Shown: positions 47,532-57,203, counted from the stretch's first letter. The stretch: 64,000 bases of DNA from Anaerolineae bacterium (GCA_051117475.1 JBNPEE010000032.1:5947-69946), one strand, 5' to 3'. Numbers and translations: made by a program. Notes: generated by a model from the letters alone, not told the origin.

Positions 47532-48959
47532 TTAATCGCTAGTGGCGCGGATGCTCTTCTCTTCAGCGAGTGCTTCTAGCATGGCGGTCACTTCTGTGAA
47601 TTTTACACGCGGGCGGTTTTGTTCTTCCCCACGCCGGCGCTCAATCTCGTCGATGATTTGCCAATCGGCATAGGTGATGTAATCGGGCTTAGCATCTGCG
47701 AGGAAGCTGATAAAATCAGTCCGATTAGGTTTGCCGGGATTCCAGAGCTTACCGGCTTGCGCGTCTTCTAATAATTTGTTGACAGTTTCGACAGAATCCG
47801 GCTTATTGGTGCCGATGATGCCTGATGGGCCACGCTTTATCCAGCCCACGACATAATCACCGATGACCTGTTCATCACTGCCAAAGTCTTTGACCACGCG
47901 CCCTTCATCGTTGGGGATGATGCCCCATTTATCGTAGAACGGCACATCAGGTAACGCCACGCCCTTATACCCCACAGAACGAAACACCAGATCAACTGGA
48001 ATCACGTCGGTTTCATCGGTGGCACGCGGACGCACATTGCCCCGCTCATCGGTATAGAGTTCATTGCGCACAACTTTGATCGCTTCGACACGCTCACCCC
48101 CGATGATCTCAACCGGTGAGGTTAGGAAGTGCATGATAATTTGCTTGGGCTTGCCTTCAGGTTCACGATTGGCGAACTCGCGCAGGATTTCCACGTTACG
48201 CACATCTTTACGATCCACTTCTGTGGAAGTCAGATAGGCTTTGCTCGGCTCATCGAGCGCTACATCACGCTGAGAGACGATGATATCGGCCTCTTGCATC
48301 TCGCCCAATTCTTGAATTTCAGGATTGGTGAAAGCGGCTTGTGCTGGTCCGCGCCGTCCCAATACATAAATGCGTTTGATGTTGCTCTGCGCGAGGGCTT
48401 CCTGTGCGTAGCGGGCAATATCAGTCTGATCGAGTTCGTGCTGTGAGCGAGCGAGAATGCGCACGACATCCATTGCCACATTACCCACGCCAATCACAGC
48501 GGCGGCTTCGCCGGATAAGTCAAATTCCAGATCACGATAATCAGGGTGCGCATTATACCAGCCAACAAACTCGGTGGCAGGACTGCTACCGAGTAAGTCT
48601 TCGCCGGGGATGTTCAACTTCTTATCAGATGCGGAACCGACCGCGTAGATCACCGCATGATAATAGTGTTGTAGATCAACATGGCGAATATCCACGCCGA
48701 AGGTCACATTACCGAAGAAACGAAAACGTTCGTTCTTCGCAATGCGATCATATAACTTGGTGACGCTCTTGATCTTCTGATGATCCGGCGCAACGCCTCC
48801 TCGCACTAGCCCGAATGGTGTTGGCAGCCGCTCGAACATATCGACTTCAACGACAAGATCTTTTTGTTTTTGGAGATGATCAGCGGCATAAAATCCGGAG
48901 GGGCCTGAACCAATGATTGCAATGCGTAGCGGTGTGGCTTCTGTACCTAGTTGCGCCAT
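47532..48959 (-). CDS. FprA/adrenodoxin-reductase-type ferredoxin-NADP(+) reductase
   Basis: The FAD-binding motif is LRIAIIGSGPSGFYAA. GGVAPDHQKIK and the second Rossmann motif AAVIGVGNVAMDVVRIL are present. The C-terminal ADWQIIDEIERRRG segment is typical of FprA-like enzymes. The start is set at ATG 48959 (MAQLGTE); the ORF track extends 14 codons further. Confidence 0.82.
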   Translation of the reverse strand: MAQLGTEATPLRIAIIGSGPSGFYAADHLQKQKDLVVEVDMFERLPTPFGLVRGGVAPDHQKIKSVTKLYDRIAKNERFRFFGNVTFGVDIRHVDLQHYYHAVIYAVGSASDKKLNIPGEDLLGSSPATEFVGWYNAHPDYRDLEFDLSGEAAAVIGVGNVAMDVVRILARSQHELDQTDIARYAQEALAQSNIKRIYVLGRRGPAQAAFTNPEIQELGEMQEADIIVSQRDVALDEPSKAYLTSTEVDRKDVRNVEILREFANREPEGKPKQIIMHFLTSPVEIIGGERVEAIKVVRNELYTDERGNVRPRATDETDVIPVDLVFRSVGYKGVALPDVPFYDKWGIIPNDEGRVVKDFGSDEQVIGDYVVGWIKRGPSGIIGTNKPDSVETVNKLLEDAQAGKLWNPGKPNRTDFISFLADAKPDYITYADWQIIDEIERRRGEEQNRPRVKFTEVTAMLEALAEEKSIRATSD

Positions 48960-49139
48960 AATGTTATTTACCCTGTGCTTTTGTCCAATAATCGATAACA
49001 CAGTATAGCAAGAAATACTCGCAAGCTCGCGCTTTATAGCAAATAATTATGACAATATTCATCTTTGTGGGGAACGATGAGCCAGTTTAGCGATCACAGG
49101 CGGGCAGTCAAGACAAACCACCCGCCTGCTGAAGCCAAG

Positions 49140-50516
49140 TTACTCGCTTGCTTCCCAGATTACAAGATTATCATATTCGATTTCTACGCCATCATCATCG
49201 AAAGAGATAGCAGCAACCGCAGCATAGCCATTGCTGAAGGTATCATCATTCACCGAACCAATAAACTCACCATCTAAGTACAAGCCCAGATAATCACCGA
49301 CACAAGCAACGGTCAGCGTGTGTGTGCTGGAGCTATTGTAATCGTCGATTTCCATGAAAGATTCTTCAGTCAGCGAGGTGTAACTGCCATCTTCCCAGTA
49401 ACCAATTGCATAGTAGCCATCACCAGTGACCAGGAAGGCGTAGCCATCGCGCAGGTTATCGGTATCCAGACGGCACATCATGCCGAAGGCGCTCAGTTCA
49501 CCATCAGAGATGCGCTCTAGCTCGATATGCATCACTGAATCGTCATAATCCGTGTAGTTATTGCCCCATGCCAGCAAGCCATCAACTTCTGTGATGCGAT
49601 AGACCTCATCGACTTCTAACGTATAGCCATCACTCTCAGTCTCGAACCATTCGCCGACTTCATCCCATGTTTCCGTCAGCAAGACATCATTCAAGCGCAA
49701 CTTGGTATCCCCGTTGTTGAGCATCTGCACGATATCGGTTTGTAACTCATCGACATTGACGCTGGTATCATCAACCACATTCGGATTGCGAATGGTGGTG
49801 CTGGTGCGCCCACCGCGCTGACGGTTGGCTTCTACTTCCCACACTTGTAAGTTGTCGAAAGCCACTTCGACATCTTCATCTTCAACAAAGATAGAAGCGG
49901 CGAATGCCAGCACCCCTTCGGCGAAAGTATCATCTTCAACTTCTGCCACTAATTCGTCGTTGACATAGAGCGCGAGATAATTATCCACACATACCACAAC
50001 CAGTTCGTTATCATCACGTCCCTGATTGATAGCATCGGTTTGTTCCCACTGATAGATTGCTTCGATACCAGTATCTTCACTGTTGATGAAGATCGAGGCA
50101 TAGCCATCACCGCTAATCATGAACAGGTAGCCATCGCCACTATTCGCAGGGTCAGCGCGGCACATCACGCCGTAACCATTATCTTCTTCCCGTGAGAGCT
50201 GTTCAGTCTCAACGCGGATCACCACGTTGCCGAAGATACGATCATCCTGCCCCCAGAGGTAAGCGCGTTCTTCGTTGTATTCTTGCGCGATGAGGTAGAC
50301 TTCATCGTCTTCATCGACGCCCACCGAGCCCGTATCATCTTCGTAGAATTCCCAATCACCCTCATCATCAAATTCTATTTCAAGCAATAATTCTGGATCA
50401 ATGAGGCTGATTTCGCCGGTTTCTAATAAGTCTTCAGGGTAATCATCCTGTGCCGATACTGTCAGCGACAGCCCGCATATAATCAAGATCGTAAGCAATA
50501 ATCTACGCATCATCAA
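49140..50516 (-). CDS. secreted, highly acidic protein with two copies of a jelly-roll (LamG/DUF1080-like) domain
   Basis: The signal peptide is MMMRRLLLTILIICGLSLTVSAQD. Two ~190-aa internal repeats share NGYGVMCRAD / SAFGMMCRLD, DGYLFMISGDGY / DGYAFLVTGDGY, VVCVDNYLALYVNDELV / VACVGDYLGLYLDGEFI and terminal FDNLQVWE / YDNLVIWE. The sequence is very rich in D and E. Confidence 0.7.
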   Translation of the reverse strand: MMMRRLLLTILIICGLSLTVSAQDDYPEDLLETGEISLIDPELLLEIEFDDEGDWEFYEDDTGSVGVDEDDEVYLIAQEYNEERAYLWGQDDRIFGNVVIRVETEQLSREEDNGYGVMCRADPANSGDGYLFMISGDGYASIFINSEDTGIEAIYQWEQTDAINQGRDDNELVVVCVDNYLALYVNDELVAEVEDDTFAEGVLAFAASIFVEDEDVEVAFDNLQVWEVEANRQRGGRTSTTIRNPNVVDDTSVNVDELQTDIVQMLNNGDTKLRLNDVLLTETWDEVGEWFETESDGYTLEVDEVYRITEVDGLLAWGNNYTDYDDSVMHIELERISDGELSAFGMMCRLDTDNLRDGYAFLVTGDGYYAIGYWEDGSYTSLTEESFMEIDDYNSSSTHTLTVACVGDYLGLYLDGEFIGSVNDDTFSNGYAAVAAISFDDDGVEIEYDNLVIWEASE

Positions 50517-50666
50517 ACTATCCTCTGATAATAAATCAATATGGTGTATCTTTTGCGGGGCGCATGGACAGAGAGCTTGACCAGCATCATCCTACAGCGC
50601 AATTTGCAGAAAGATACGTTATGCTAATGGTAGCAGGTTTTGCAGTTCTTGTGTGTAGAAACTATT

Positions 50667-50709
50667 CAAAAAAGTATAAAAAACGGGATATGCTAGTCGA
50701 CATCCCGTT
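50667..50709 (-). terminator. rho-independent terminator after 50729-51469
   Basis: On the minus strand, a perfect 8-bp stem (AACGGGAT / ATCCCGTT, 50682-50709) with a 12-nt loop begins 20 nt after the stop codon. It is followed by TTTTTTATACTTTTTTG. Confidence 0.75.
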
Positions 50710-50728
50710 CATTCATGTCAGAGTGGGT

Positions 50729-51469
50729 TCAATCGTCTAATGTCCATACGTATAAATCATCGAACTCGGCGCGGGCATCTTCGCTGTTATCGAAGTTACG
50801 TAAGACCAAACCGGCCACGCCCGTTTCATAGGTCACATCGACAGTTTCGATGATGAACTGCCCGTTGACATAGAGCGCCAGATATTCATCGACACACACC
50901 GCCTGTAGGATGTTGGTTTCGCCGGGGATCACGGCGTCTGTCTCTACCCAGTCGACCAGATATTCATAGGTTTCTTCGGTGCGGTCATAGAGCAAAATCG
51001 CCACCTCACCCCGATCTGAAATCCAGAAGTGATAACCTTCCAGATTGTTCTCGACGTTGGCGCGACACATCACACCATAACCGTTATCCTCACTCTCGCC
51101 GACATGCGTCACCTGTACACCAATCAGTACATCATCCAGCACATCAGTATTTTGCCCCCAGATCACACTGTTGCCTTCCACTTCGGCGATATACATGCCA
51201 TCGTCCACCCTGACAGAGCGTGTGTCATCTTCGTAGAATTCCCAGTCGTCTTCATCGCTGAAATCCACATTCAGCAAGAGGAACTCGACATCCAGCGCGA
51301 GTGTTTCGCTCTGCGTCAGCATGTCCGCGATCACGTCCGGCTCACTGAGGCGGGCGGGGTCTGTGGGGTCCAGTTGACCCTCGCCCGGCAAGGTTTTATC
51401 GCCATCTTGGGCGTATATGGGAACAAGCATTAGTGTAATCAGGGCGCAGGTGAGCCAGTATCTGAGCAT
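50729..51469 (-). CDS. secreted acidic single-domain paralog of 49140-50516 (LamG/DUF1080-like)
   Basis: After a signal peptide (MLRYWLTCALITLMLVPIYAQD), the same motifs appear: DWEFYEDDT, NGYGVMCRAN, EGYHFWISDRGE, AVCVDEYLALYVNGQFI and FDDLYVWT. Confidence 0.7.
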   Translation of the reverse strand: MLRYWLTCALITLMLVPIYAQDGDKTLPGEGQLDPTDPARLSEPDVIADMLTQSETLALDVEFLLLNVDFSDEDDWEFYEDDTRSVRVDDGMYIAEVEGNSVIWGQNTDVLDDVLIGVQVTHVGESEDNGYGVMCRANVENNLEGYHFWISDRGEVAILLYDRTEETYEYLVDWVETDAVIPGETNILQAVCVDEYLALYVNGQFIIETVDVTYETGVAGLVLRNFDNSEDARAEFDDLYVWTLDD

Positions 51470-51544
51470 ATTGGGCTATCCTTCTGTAAAAGTAGTCATT
51501 CGCTTAGGCTGATTGTACATCGGAATGCTGTTGCGCGTGCGCGA

Positions 51545-52768
51545 TTAGGTGCCGTTCAAGGGCAAGACCAGATCTTTCTTGAAGGGTGTGAGCGAAAGCA
51601 ATTCGCCCTGATCGGTGATGATGAATAGGTCTTCGACGCGGATGCCAAATCCTCTATCGGGATAATATAACCCGGGTTCGATGGTCACCACGTTGCCAAC
51701 TTGCCAGACATCATCGCGTCGAATGTGGCTGATCGACGGGCGTTCGTGGATCATCAAGCCCACCCCATGGCCGAGGCTATGCACATAGCCTTCGTTGGCG
51801 GTGCTGTCACTGCGTCCGGTAGGGTGTCCCTTGCTCTCGAAGTAATCCAGCACCGCTTCTTGCATACTGTGTGTGGGCTTGCCGATGGCGAAATCTTCCA
51901 GCGACTTATCGAAGGCGGTCATCACATCGTCATAGGCGTCTTGAACATCCGACGGTGCATACCCGATGCACCATGTGCGCGTCATGTCGTGGTGATAGCC
52001 CCCGCCTAACTCACGCGGAAATAAGTCAAACACGATCGACTGCCCCAGACGCAACGCTTCATCATCCTCACCGCGACTGTGTGGGAAGCCTGCATCGCGC
52101 CCCTGTGCAAAGATCATGCCGGTATCTTCTAAGCCACGTTCCATCAATTGCACGCGGATAAAACGCTTGACTGTGCCGATGGTCAAGGGTTCGCCCTCGG
52201 CGTTGACGACAACTTCATCATCTACGCGATGTGAGGCGATGTAATCCCACGTGAGCGCGACGACCTCATTCGTGCGCTGTGCCACTGATTTGATGCGTTC
52301 GATCTCCTGCGTATCTTTGGTGAGGAACGCTTCGTCAAAGAGCGTGCGTCCGGTCTCGCCGACGAACTCGTAAGTGAGTTTGTCGTTGGCTAAGGCGAAC
52401 AGGTTCACATACGTGTTGATGTCACCGCGCCCGTATAAACCGACTTTACCACTCGTCACGCCCGCCGTTTCGAGGCAACGTCCCCAGAATAAGACGGTAG
52501 CGGTATCGGGATCATGCTCGCGCATCAGATCTGTTAAGCCCAGTTCATTCCATCCTTTGACCGTATAGCCACTTTTCTTGGCTTCTTCGGTCTCCATACC
52601 ACTGACGAACAGCATTGGCTCTTTGCCATAGGGCTTGATCACATAACCGCCGGTGATGTGTGCGCCGTTGGTCATATAATCACGGACTTCGCTGTAGCCT
52701 TCGCCACCGGCGATCAATAACGCATCCAGATCACGGGCATGCATCAAGGCATCAATATCAGATTTCAT
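51545..52768 (-). CDS. M24-family metallopeptidase (Xaa-Pro aminopeptidase/dipeptidase)
   Basis: Metal-ligand motifs are present: VFDLFPRELGGGYHHDMTRT, HSLGHGVGLMIHERP, TIEPGLY and IRVEDLFIIT. Confidence 0.88.
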   Translation of the reverse strand: MKSDIDALMHARDLDALLIAGGEGYSEVRDYMTNGAHITGGYVIKPYGKEPMLFVSGMETEEAKKSGYTVKGWNELGLTDLMREHDPDTATVLFWGRCLETAGVTSGKVGLYGRGDINTYVNLFALANDKLTYEFVGETGRTLFDEAFLTKDTQEIERIKSVAQRTNEVVALTWDYIASHRVDDEVVVNAEGEPLTIGTVKRFIRVQLMERGLEDTGMIFAQGRDAGFPHSRGEDDEALRLGQSIVFDLFPRELGGGYHHDMTRTWCIGYAPSDVQDAYDDVMTAFDKSLEDFAIGKPTHSMQEAVLDYFESKGHPTGRSDSTANEGYVHSLGHGVGLMIHERPSISHIRRDDVWQVGNVVTIEPGLYYPDRGFGIRVEDLFIITDQGELLSLTPFKKDLVLPLNGT

Positions 52769-52851
52769 CGGGTGTACTCCTCATCATCGGTTCTTGGTAT
52801 CGTTGCTTCGATTGTAACGGGGATAGCACGTGTCTCCTAGTGCCAGCGCCC

Positions 52852-54213
52852 TCACAGATGCGCTTTGAGTGCCTGCAAGAACAGGTCATCTTGTTGGGGT
52901 AATACGGTACGCGGATCGAATAACAGGCGATCATCATGGATGCGCGTGATGATCGGTTGATCGGCATAACGTAATCGGCTGGCACTGGCAGTCGCATCGG
53001 GCACAGACAGCGCCAGAACCACTGTCGGCAGGGTGGTGCCGGGCAGGCTTCCCCCGCCTACCGTCGATTGATCCGCCAGCAACTGCCCCTGACCCAGCGC
53101 ATCGCGCCACGCTTGCGCCCGCGTTTGTAGCGCATCGAGGGGGCTGCTGATCATCTGCCAGATCGGGATTTTCGTCAGGGCTTCCCCGCGTCGATAGTGA
53201 TCGAGCGTGGCACTCAATCCCGCATAGCACAGCTTATCAGCGCGTAAGGCGCGGGCAAGCGGATGACGCTTGAGTTCGGCGATCAGGTCAGCCCGCCCGA
53301 TCAGGATGCCGGATTGTGGACCTCCCAGTAATTTATCGCCACTGAACAGCACCAAGTCCGCGCCAGCCTGAACGCTCTCTTGCACGGTGGGTTCGTGCAA
53401 TAAGCCATAGAGTTCTGTATCGAAGAATGCGCCACTGCCCAGATCATCGACACAGCACACACCATGTTCATGGGCGAGACTTGCCATCTGCACGAGAGGC
53501 GTTTCTTCAACAAAGCCGACAATCCGAAAGTTCGATGAATGCACGCGCAAGAGCATCGCGGTCTGTTCGCTGAGTGCGCGTCGATAATCACTGAGGCGCG
53601 TACGATTAGTCGTGCCGACTTCGACCAGATGTGCGCCGGATTGCGCCATAATATCCGGGATGCGGAAACCCCCGCCAATCTCCACCAGTTGACTGCGCGA
53701 GATCACCACCTCTTGCCCCTGCGCCAGCGCAAATAGCATCAGCACCAGTGCCCCTGCATTGTTATTGACCACTAGTGCCCCTTCCGCGCCGGTGAGTTCG
53801 GTCAGTGCATCTTCGGCATGGGTGTAACGACTGCCTCGTTTGCCGGTCGTCAGGTTGAACTCTAAGTTGCTATAGCTGGCAGAGATTGCCTGCACCGCCT
53901 GTTGTGCCTGCTCAGAGAGCGGGGCACGCCCTAAATTAGTGTGGATGATGACACCCGTCGCGTTGATGACCGGGCACAAGGTCGGCATGAATGAGGCGAT
54001 CAGGTGATTTTGTACGCGCTCTAAGACGTGCTGAGGGGTGAGATCAGGCATGTCATCCGCACCGTTTAAGATGTGCTGACGCACGGCATCGAGTGTGGCG
54101 CGGATAGCCGTCAACACCGCCGAACGCCCATAATTCGCAATCAGTGCGTCGGCAAGCTCGGTTTGCAATAGCGCATCGACAGCGGGCAGTTGACGCAGTT
54201 TATCGCGTGTCAT
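52852..54213 (-). CDS. selA: L-seryl-tRNA(Sec) selenium transferase (selenocysteine synthase)
   Basis: The N-terminus reads LRQLPAVDALLQ. VNNNAGALVLML and the PLP-lysine motif FSGDKLLGGPQSGILIG are characteristic of SelA. The 453-aa length also fits. Confidence 0.9.
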   Translation of the reverse strand: MTRDKLRQLPAVDALLQTELADALIANYGRSAVLTAIRATLDAVRQHILNGADDMPDLTPQHVLERVQNHLIASFMPTLCPVINATGVIIHTNLGRAPLSEQAQQAVQAISASYSNLEFNLTTGKRGSRYTHAEDALTELTGAEGALVVNNNAGALVLMLFALAQGQEVVISRSQLVEIGGGFRIPDIMAQSGAHLVEVGTTNRTRLSDYRRALSEQTAMLLRVHSSNFRIVGFVEETPLVQMASLAHEHGVCCVDDLGSGAFFDTELYGLLHEPTVQESVQAGADLVLFSGDKLLGGPQSGILIGRADLIAELKRHPLARALRADKLCYAGLSATLDHYRRGEALTKIPIWQMISSPLDALQTRAQAWRDALGQGQLLADQSTVGGGSLPGTTLPTVVLALSVPDATASASRLRYADQPIITRIHDDRLLFDPRTVLPQQDDLFLQALKAHL

Positions 54214-54865
54214 CGTCGGTATCGGTCAAGCTATCGGGTGGGATAGTGATGGTAATGGGGGGCTCGTCCGCGTGCCTGTCGTCATCGGCATTGCGATCAC
54301 GCAGGCTATCTTCCGGCAGATAGAGAACAGGCGCGTCGTCTTCACGCGGGGTTTGCTGGCGCACTTGATCGGGATCAATCTGGAAATCGAACCCTCCCTG
54401 ACTGAAATCTTGCATACGAACGAAGAATTGATTGTTAGACCCCATCGCTTTCTCACGAACTGCACCCTGATAGAGATTGATCCCTTGCACGATGAGCGCG
54501 GTTAAGATCGCTATGGGCAAACTGTTGAACAAGGCATACACCAGCGCCCCGATGAGAAACGGGATGATGGTCATGACATACATCACCGGCATTAGAACTA
54601 AGCTGGCGAACAAGACAATAAACAAGCTCAATTGATTGAGACTGATCTGAGGCAAACGAAAGACACTCTCACCTTTGACCTGCTGATCCATCATGATCTT
54701 GAGGGGTAACCACGAGGCAATCACCAGCATCTCCAGCAAGTAAATATCGCGGGCAGTATCTGCGCCGCCGAAGATTAAGCCCAAGATGGCGAAGGGAATC
54801 GCACCGATCAAACCTAGCATCAGCGATGCCAGCGAAGCCAGGATTATATCTTTTATAGCGGGCAT
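54200..54865 (-). CDS. polytopic membrane protein with acidic C-terminal tail, function unknown
   Basis: About 5 hydrophobic helices are followed by a D/E/P-rich tail (PREDDAPVLYLPEDSLRDRNADDDRHADEPP...TDTDDDTR). The start is set at ATG 54865, with GGGAG 5 nt upstream; ATG 54877 is the alternative. The 3' end overlaps the selA start by 14 nt. Confidence 0.6.
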   Translation of the reverse strand: MPAIKDIILASLASLMLGLIGAIPFAILGLIFGGADTARDIYLLEMLVIASWLPLKIMMDQQVKGESVFRLPQISLNQLSLFIVLFASLVLMPVMYVMTIIPFLIGALVYALFNSLPIAILTALIVQGINLYQGAVREKAMGSNNQFFVRMQDFSQGGFDFQIDPDQVRQQTPREDDAPVLYLPEDSLRDRNADDDRHADEPPITITIPPDSLTDTDDDTR

Positions 54866-54867
54866 TA

Positions 54868-55299
54868 TCACTCCCATTCATTGGCTAGTTCACGGGTACG
54901 CAGGAAGAACTCAACAACGATGAACACCAGCGCCACGAAGATCATCAGGGGCCACGAGAGCGCCCGTGGAATCTGAAGCCAGACACAGATCACCGCGAAC
55001 AAGCCTACCCAGATACTCTGACGCACGATCACCCCGCCGGGCGGTACTTCTTGCATCAGCGAGGTGAAGCGCACGTTGAAAAAGCGCACGACGGGGATGG
55101 CTGTGCCGGTAACGGCAAGTTGCAATAAGCCGAAGAACAACCACAACTCACCACCAATGCGCGGTAAGGTCGTCATCATCAACTGAAATAAACCACCCCA
55201 CCCGATGACCATCATCAGCACTGAGGCAATCAATAAGCCGATATGATCGGGGGGCAGGCTACTCGACGGGCTTGAAGCGGGTTGTTTTTGAGAAGACAT
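54868..55299 (-). CDS. small polytopic membrane protein, function unknown
   Basis: The start is set at ATG 55299 (MSSQKQPASSPSSS). Four hydrophobic helices follow. The stop lies immediately upstream of the next gene's start (2 nt before ATG 54865; a 10-nt overlap if ATG 54877 is used). Confidence 0.55.
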   Translation of the reverse strand: MSSQKQPASSPSSSLPPDHIGLLIASVLMMVIGWGGLFQLMMTTLPRIGGELWLFFGLLQLAVTGTAIPVVRFFNVRFTSLMQEVPPGGVIVRQSIWVGLFAVICVWLQIPRALSWPLMIFVALVFIVVEFFLRTRELANEWE

Positions 55300-55472
55300 A
55301 GGCGCACGACATCCCGTTATAGTGCTATGCGTACAAATTAGACGATATGCATTCATTATAGGGAAAAGCCGGCACGCTGTCGATACAACGCATTTTTGCG
55401 TATGCGTACAGAAAACAGCGCGTATCTATTGTATAATGGGGATAAGTTGGATAGATGAGGAGAATCGTCTAT

Positions 55473-56219
55473 ATGTTGCCTATCACTACAACCCGCGATA
55501 TACGCTCCGACATTGCTCATGTAGGCTACAGTTGCGTCAGCGCTGATGACTTACCGCTCAACGGTGAGATGGCGCAAGCGTGGCAAGCTCTGCTGGAAGA
55601 TTATCAATCGTTACCGCCCGATGATTACTTGCCGAATAATGGCTTGTATCGCTATCGTCGCTATGACCGTTTCTACTTTTATCCGGCGACGGGTGAACTG
55701 GTCTTATTGCCCCACCGTGATTATTTTCAGAGTAAAGAGATCAATCAGGTGACGGGGGGCATCGTGCGTCAGTTCGCCCCATTGACGCGCACCACAGCCA
55801 ATAACCCATTCTTGCATGAGTTGATCCGCTTTGATTTTGCGAACTTTCCGCTTGCCAATCGTGAGATGCGCTATCATCCGTGGCAGGTTGACGTGCATCA
55901 AATTTATGTGACCGCAGAAGCTGGCTCAGAAGGGCATCCTACACCGGAAGGCGTACATCGCGATGGCGCGGAGTTCGTGACGGTTCATCTGGCAGTGCTG
56001 GATAATGCCGACGGGGGCGAGGTCTCGATCTATGACGATGACAAGCGCCACATCAAGAGCTTCAGGCTTCAGCAAGTGCTGGATAGTTACCTGTTCAACG
56101 ATGCTATTTTGTGGCACGGTGTCAAGCCGATTCGCTCGCAGGATGGCAAAAACCCCGCCCAACGCGGTATCCTGACCTTCGATTATCACTATCAACCCGA
56201 TCTCACCCGTGAAGGATGA
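55473..56219 (+). CDS. 2OG-Fe(II) dioxygenase family protein (2OG-Fe_Oxy_2 / isoleucine-dioxygenase-like)
   Basis: HPTPEGVHRDGAEFVTVHL supplies an H-x-D facial-triad motif, and a distal His lies in ILWHGVKPI. Overall length and layout resemble the PF10014-type family. The start is either ATG 55473 (GAGGAG 10 nt upstream) or ATG 55455. Confidence 0.6.
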   Translation: MLPITTTRDIRSDIAHVGYSCVSADDLPLNGEMAQAWQALLEDYQSLPPDDYLPNNGLYRYRRYDRFYFYPATGELVLLPHRDYFQSKEINQVTGGIVRQFAPLTRTTANNPFLHELIRFDFANFPLANREMRYHPWQVDVHQIYVTAEAGSEGHPTPEGVHRDGAEFVTVHLAVLDNADGGEVSIYDDDKRHIKSFRLQQVLDSYLFNDAILWHGVKPIRSQDGKNPAQRGILTFDYHYQPDLTREG

Positions 56220-56290
56220 ACGCCCGTGCAGAGGGCGTGTGATGCGCCCCATATGCTATAAATAAAGATTATCAAGGAATCCCTACCCTG

Positions 56291-57061
56291 ATGACATACC
56301 ACGAAAAATCACCCTCATCACGTTGGCAAGAAATACAAGAAATATGGAAAGATTACAAAAACTTCTATAAGCTATTGCGAGGATTTATCGTAGTGGCTCT
56401 ATTATTAGCTATGGGAGCTTACATTTTTGTTGAACAACTAACTGATTTTTCAATGAATGTGCTAACAGAGGCTATAGGCGTTCTTGGAACAGTTCTGATT
56501 GTAGATATTTTAGCAAGGTATAGAGCTGAAAATGAGCGCAAACAAGAACTTATATTTCAAATGGGAAGTGACAATAACCTTATTGCAAGAAGTGCTGTTA
56601 TGCTACTCAAACAAAGAGGATGGACTAAAAACGGTTCACTTAAAAATGCTCAATTAGGTAATACAAATCTGAGCGATGAAGATTTAGTCTATGCGAACTT
56701 AGAAAAAACATCTTTCGTATGGGCTACATGCGTTAAAACAAATTTTTCCTCTGCGAACTTGCGAGGTGCTGATTTCTACTCTGCAAACCTTGAAAAAGCT
56801 ATATTCTCAGGAGCAGATCTGGAAAATAGTAACTTTAGGGGTGCTAATTTAACGGGTGCAGTATTTTCTCACACGCGATTACAAAATGCCGATTTAAGAA
56901 GTGCGAATATGTCAGAAGCCTTCTTGATGAACGCAGATATTACTGGCGCAAATCTGGAAAAATCTACACTACCTGATGGCACTCGTTGGACATCAAATAC
57001 TGATATGCGCCGTTTTACTGACCCAACTCATTCTGATTTTTGGTATGTAGATCGTGACTGA
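56291..57061 (+). CDS. membrane-anchored pentapeptide-repeat protein
   Basis: Two N-terminal TM helices are followed by uninterrupted A(D/N)LxX pentapeptides (ANLEKTSFVWATCVKTNFSSANLRGADFYSANLEKAIFSGADLENSNFRGANLTGAVFSHTRLQNADLRSANMSEAFLMNADITGANLEKS). The gene is visibly AT-rich compared with its flanks. Confidence 0.88.
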   Translation: MTYHEKSPSSRWQEIQEIWKDYKNFYKLLRGFIVVALLLAMGAYIFVEQLTDFSMNVLTEAIGVLGTVLIVDILARYRAENERKQELIFQMGSDNNLIARSAVMLLKQRGWTKNGSLKNAQLGNTNLSDEDLVYANLEKTSFVWATCVKTNFSSANLRGADFYSANLEKAIFSGADLENSNFRGANLTGAVFSHTRLQNADLRSANMSEAFLMNADITGANLEKSTLPDGTRWTSNTDMRRFTDPTHSDFWYVDRD

Positions 57062-57203
57062 TACCTACGTTTAAGAAGTGCTACTATGCACTATTATTCT
57101 AAGGTAAGTCAGCAATCCTGAGCATATTCCTTAACCCTGCGATAAAATTCGTGCGGTATACTCTGCCGGATATAAATACGTTATATTGACGAGGGGTGAT
57201 AGG

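Noticed and set aside
49097-49128. Hairpin CAGGCGGG-N16-CCCGCCTG downstream of the 458-aa acidic protein gene, considered as a terminator.
   Set aside because: It has a perfect 8-bp stem but a large loop and no U-tract on the minus strand, so it was not listed as a feature. It could still act as an RNA-stabilising or Rho-related element.
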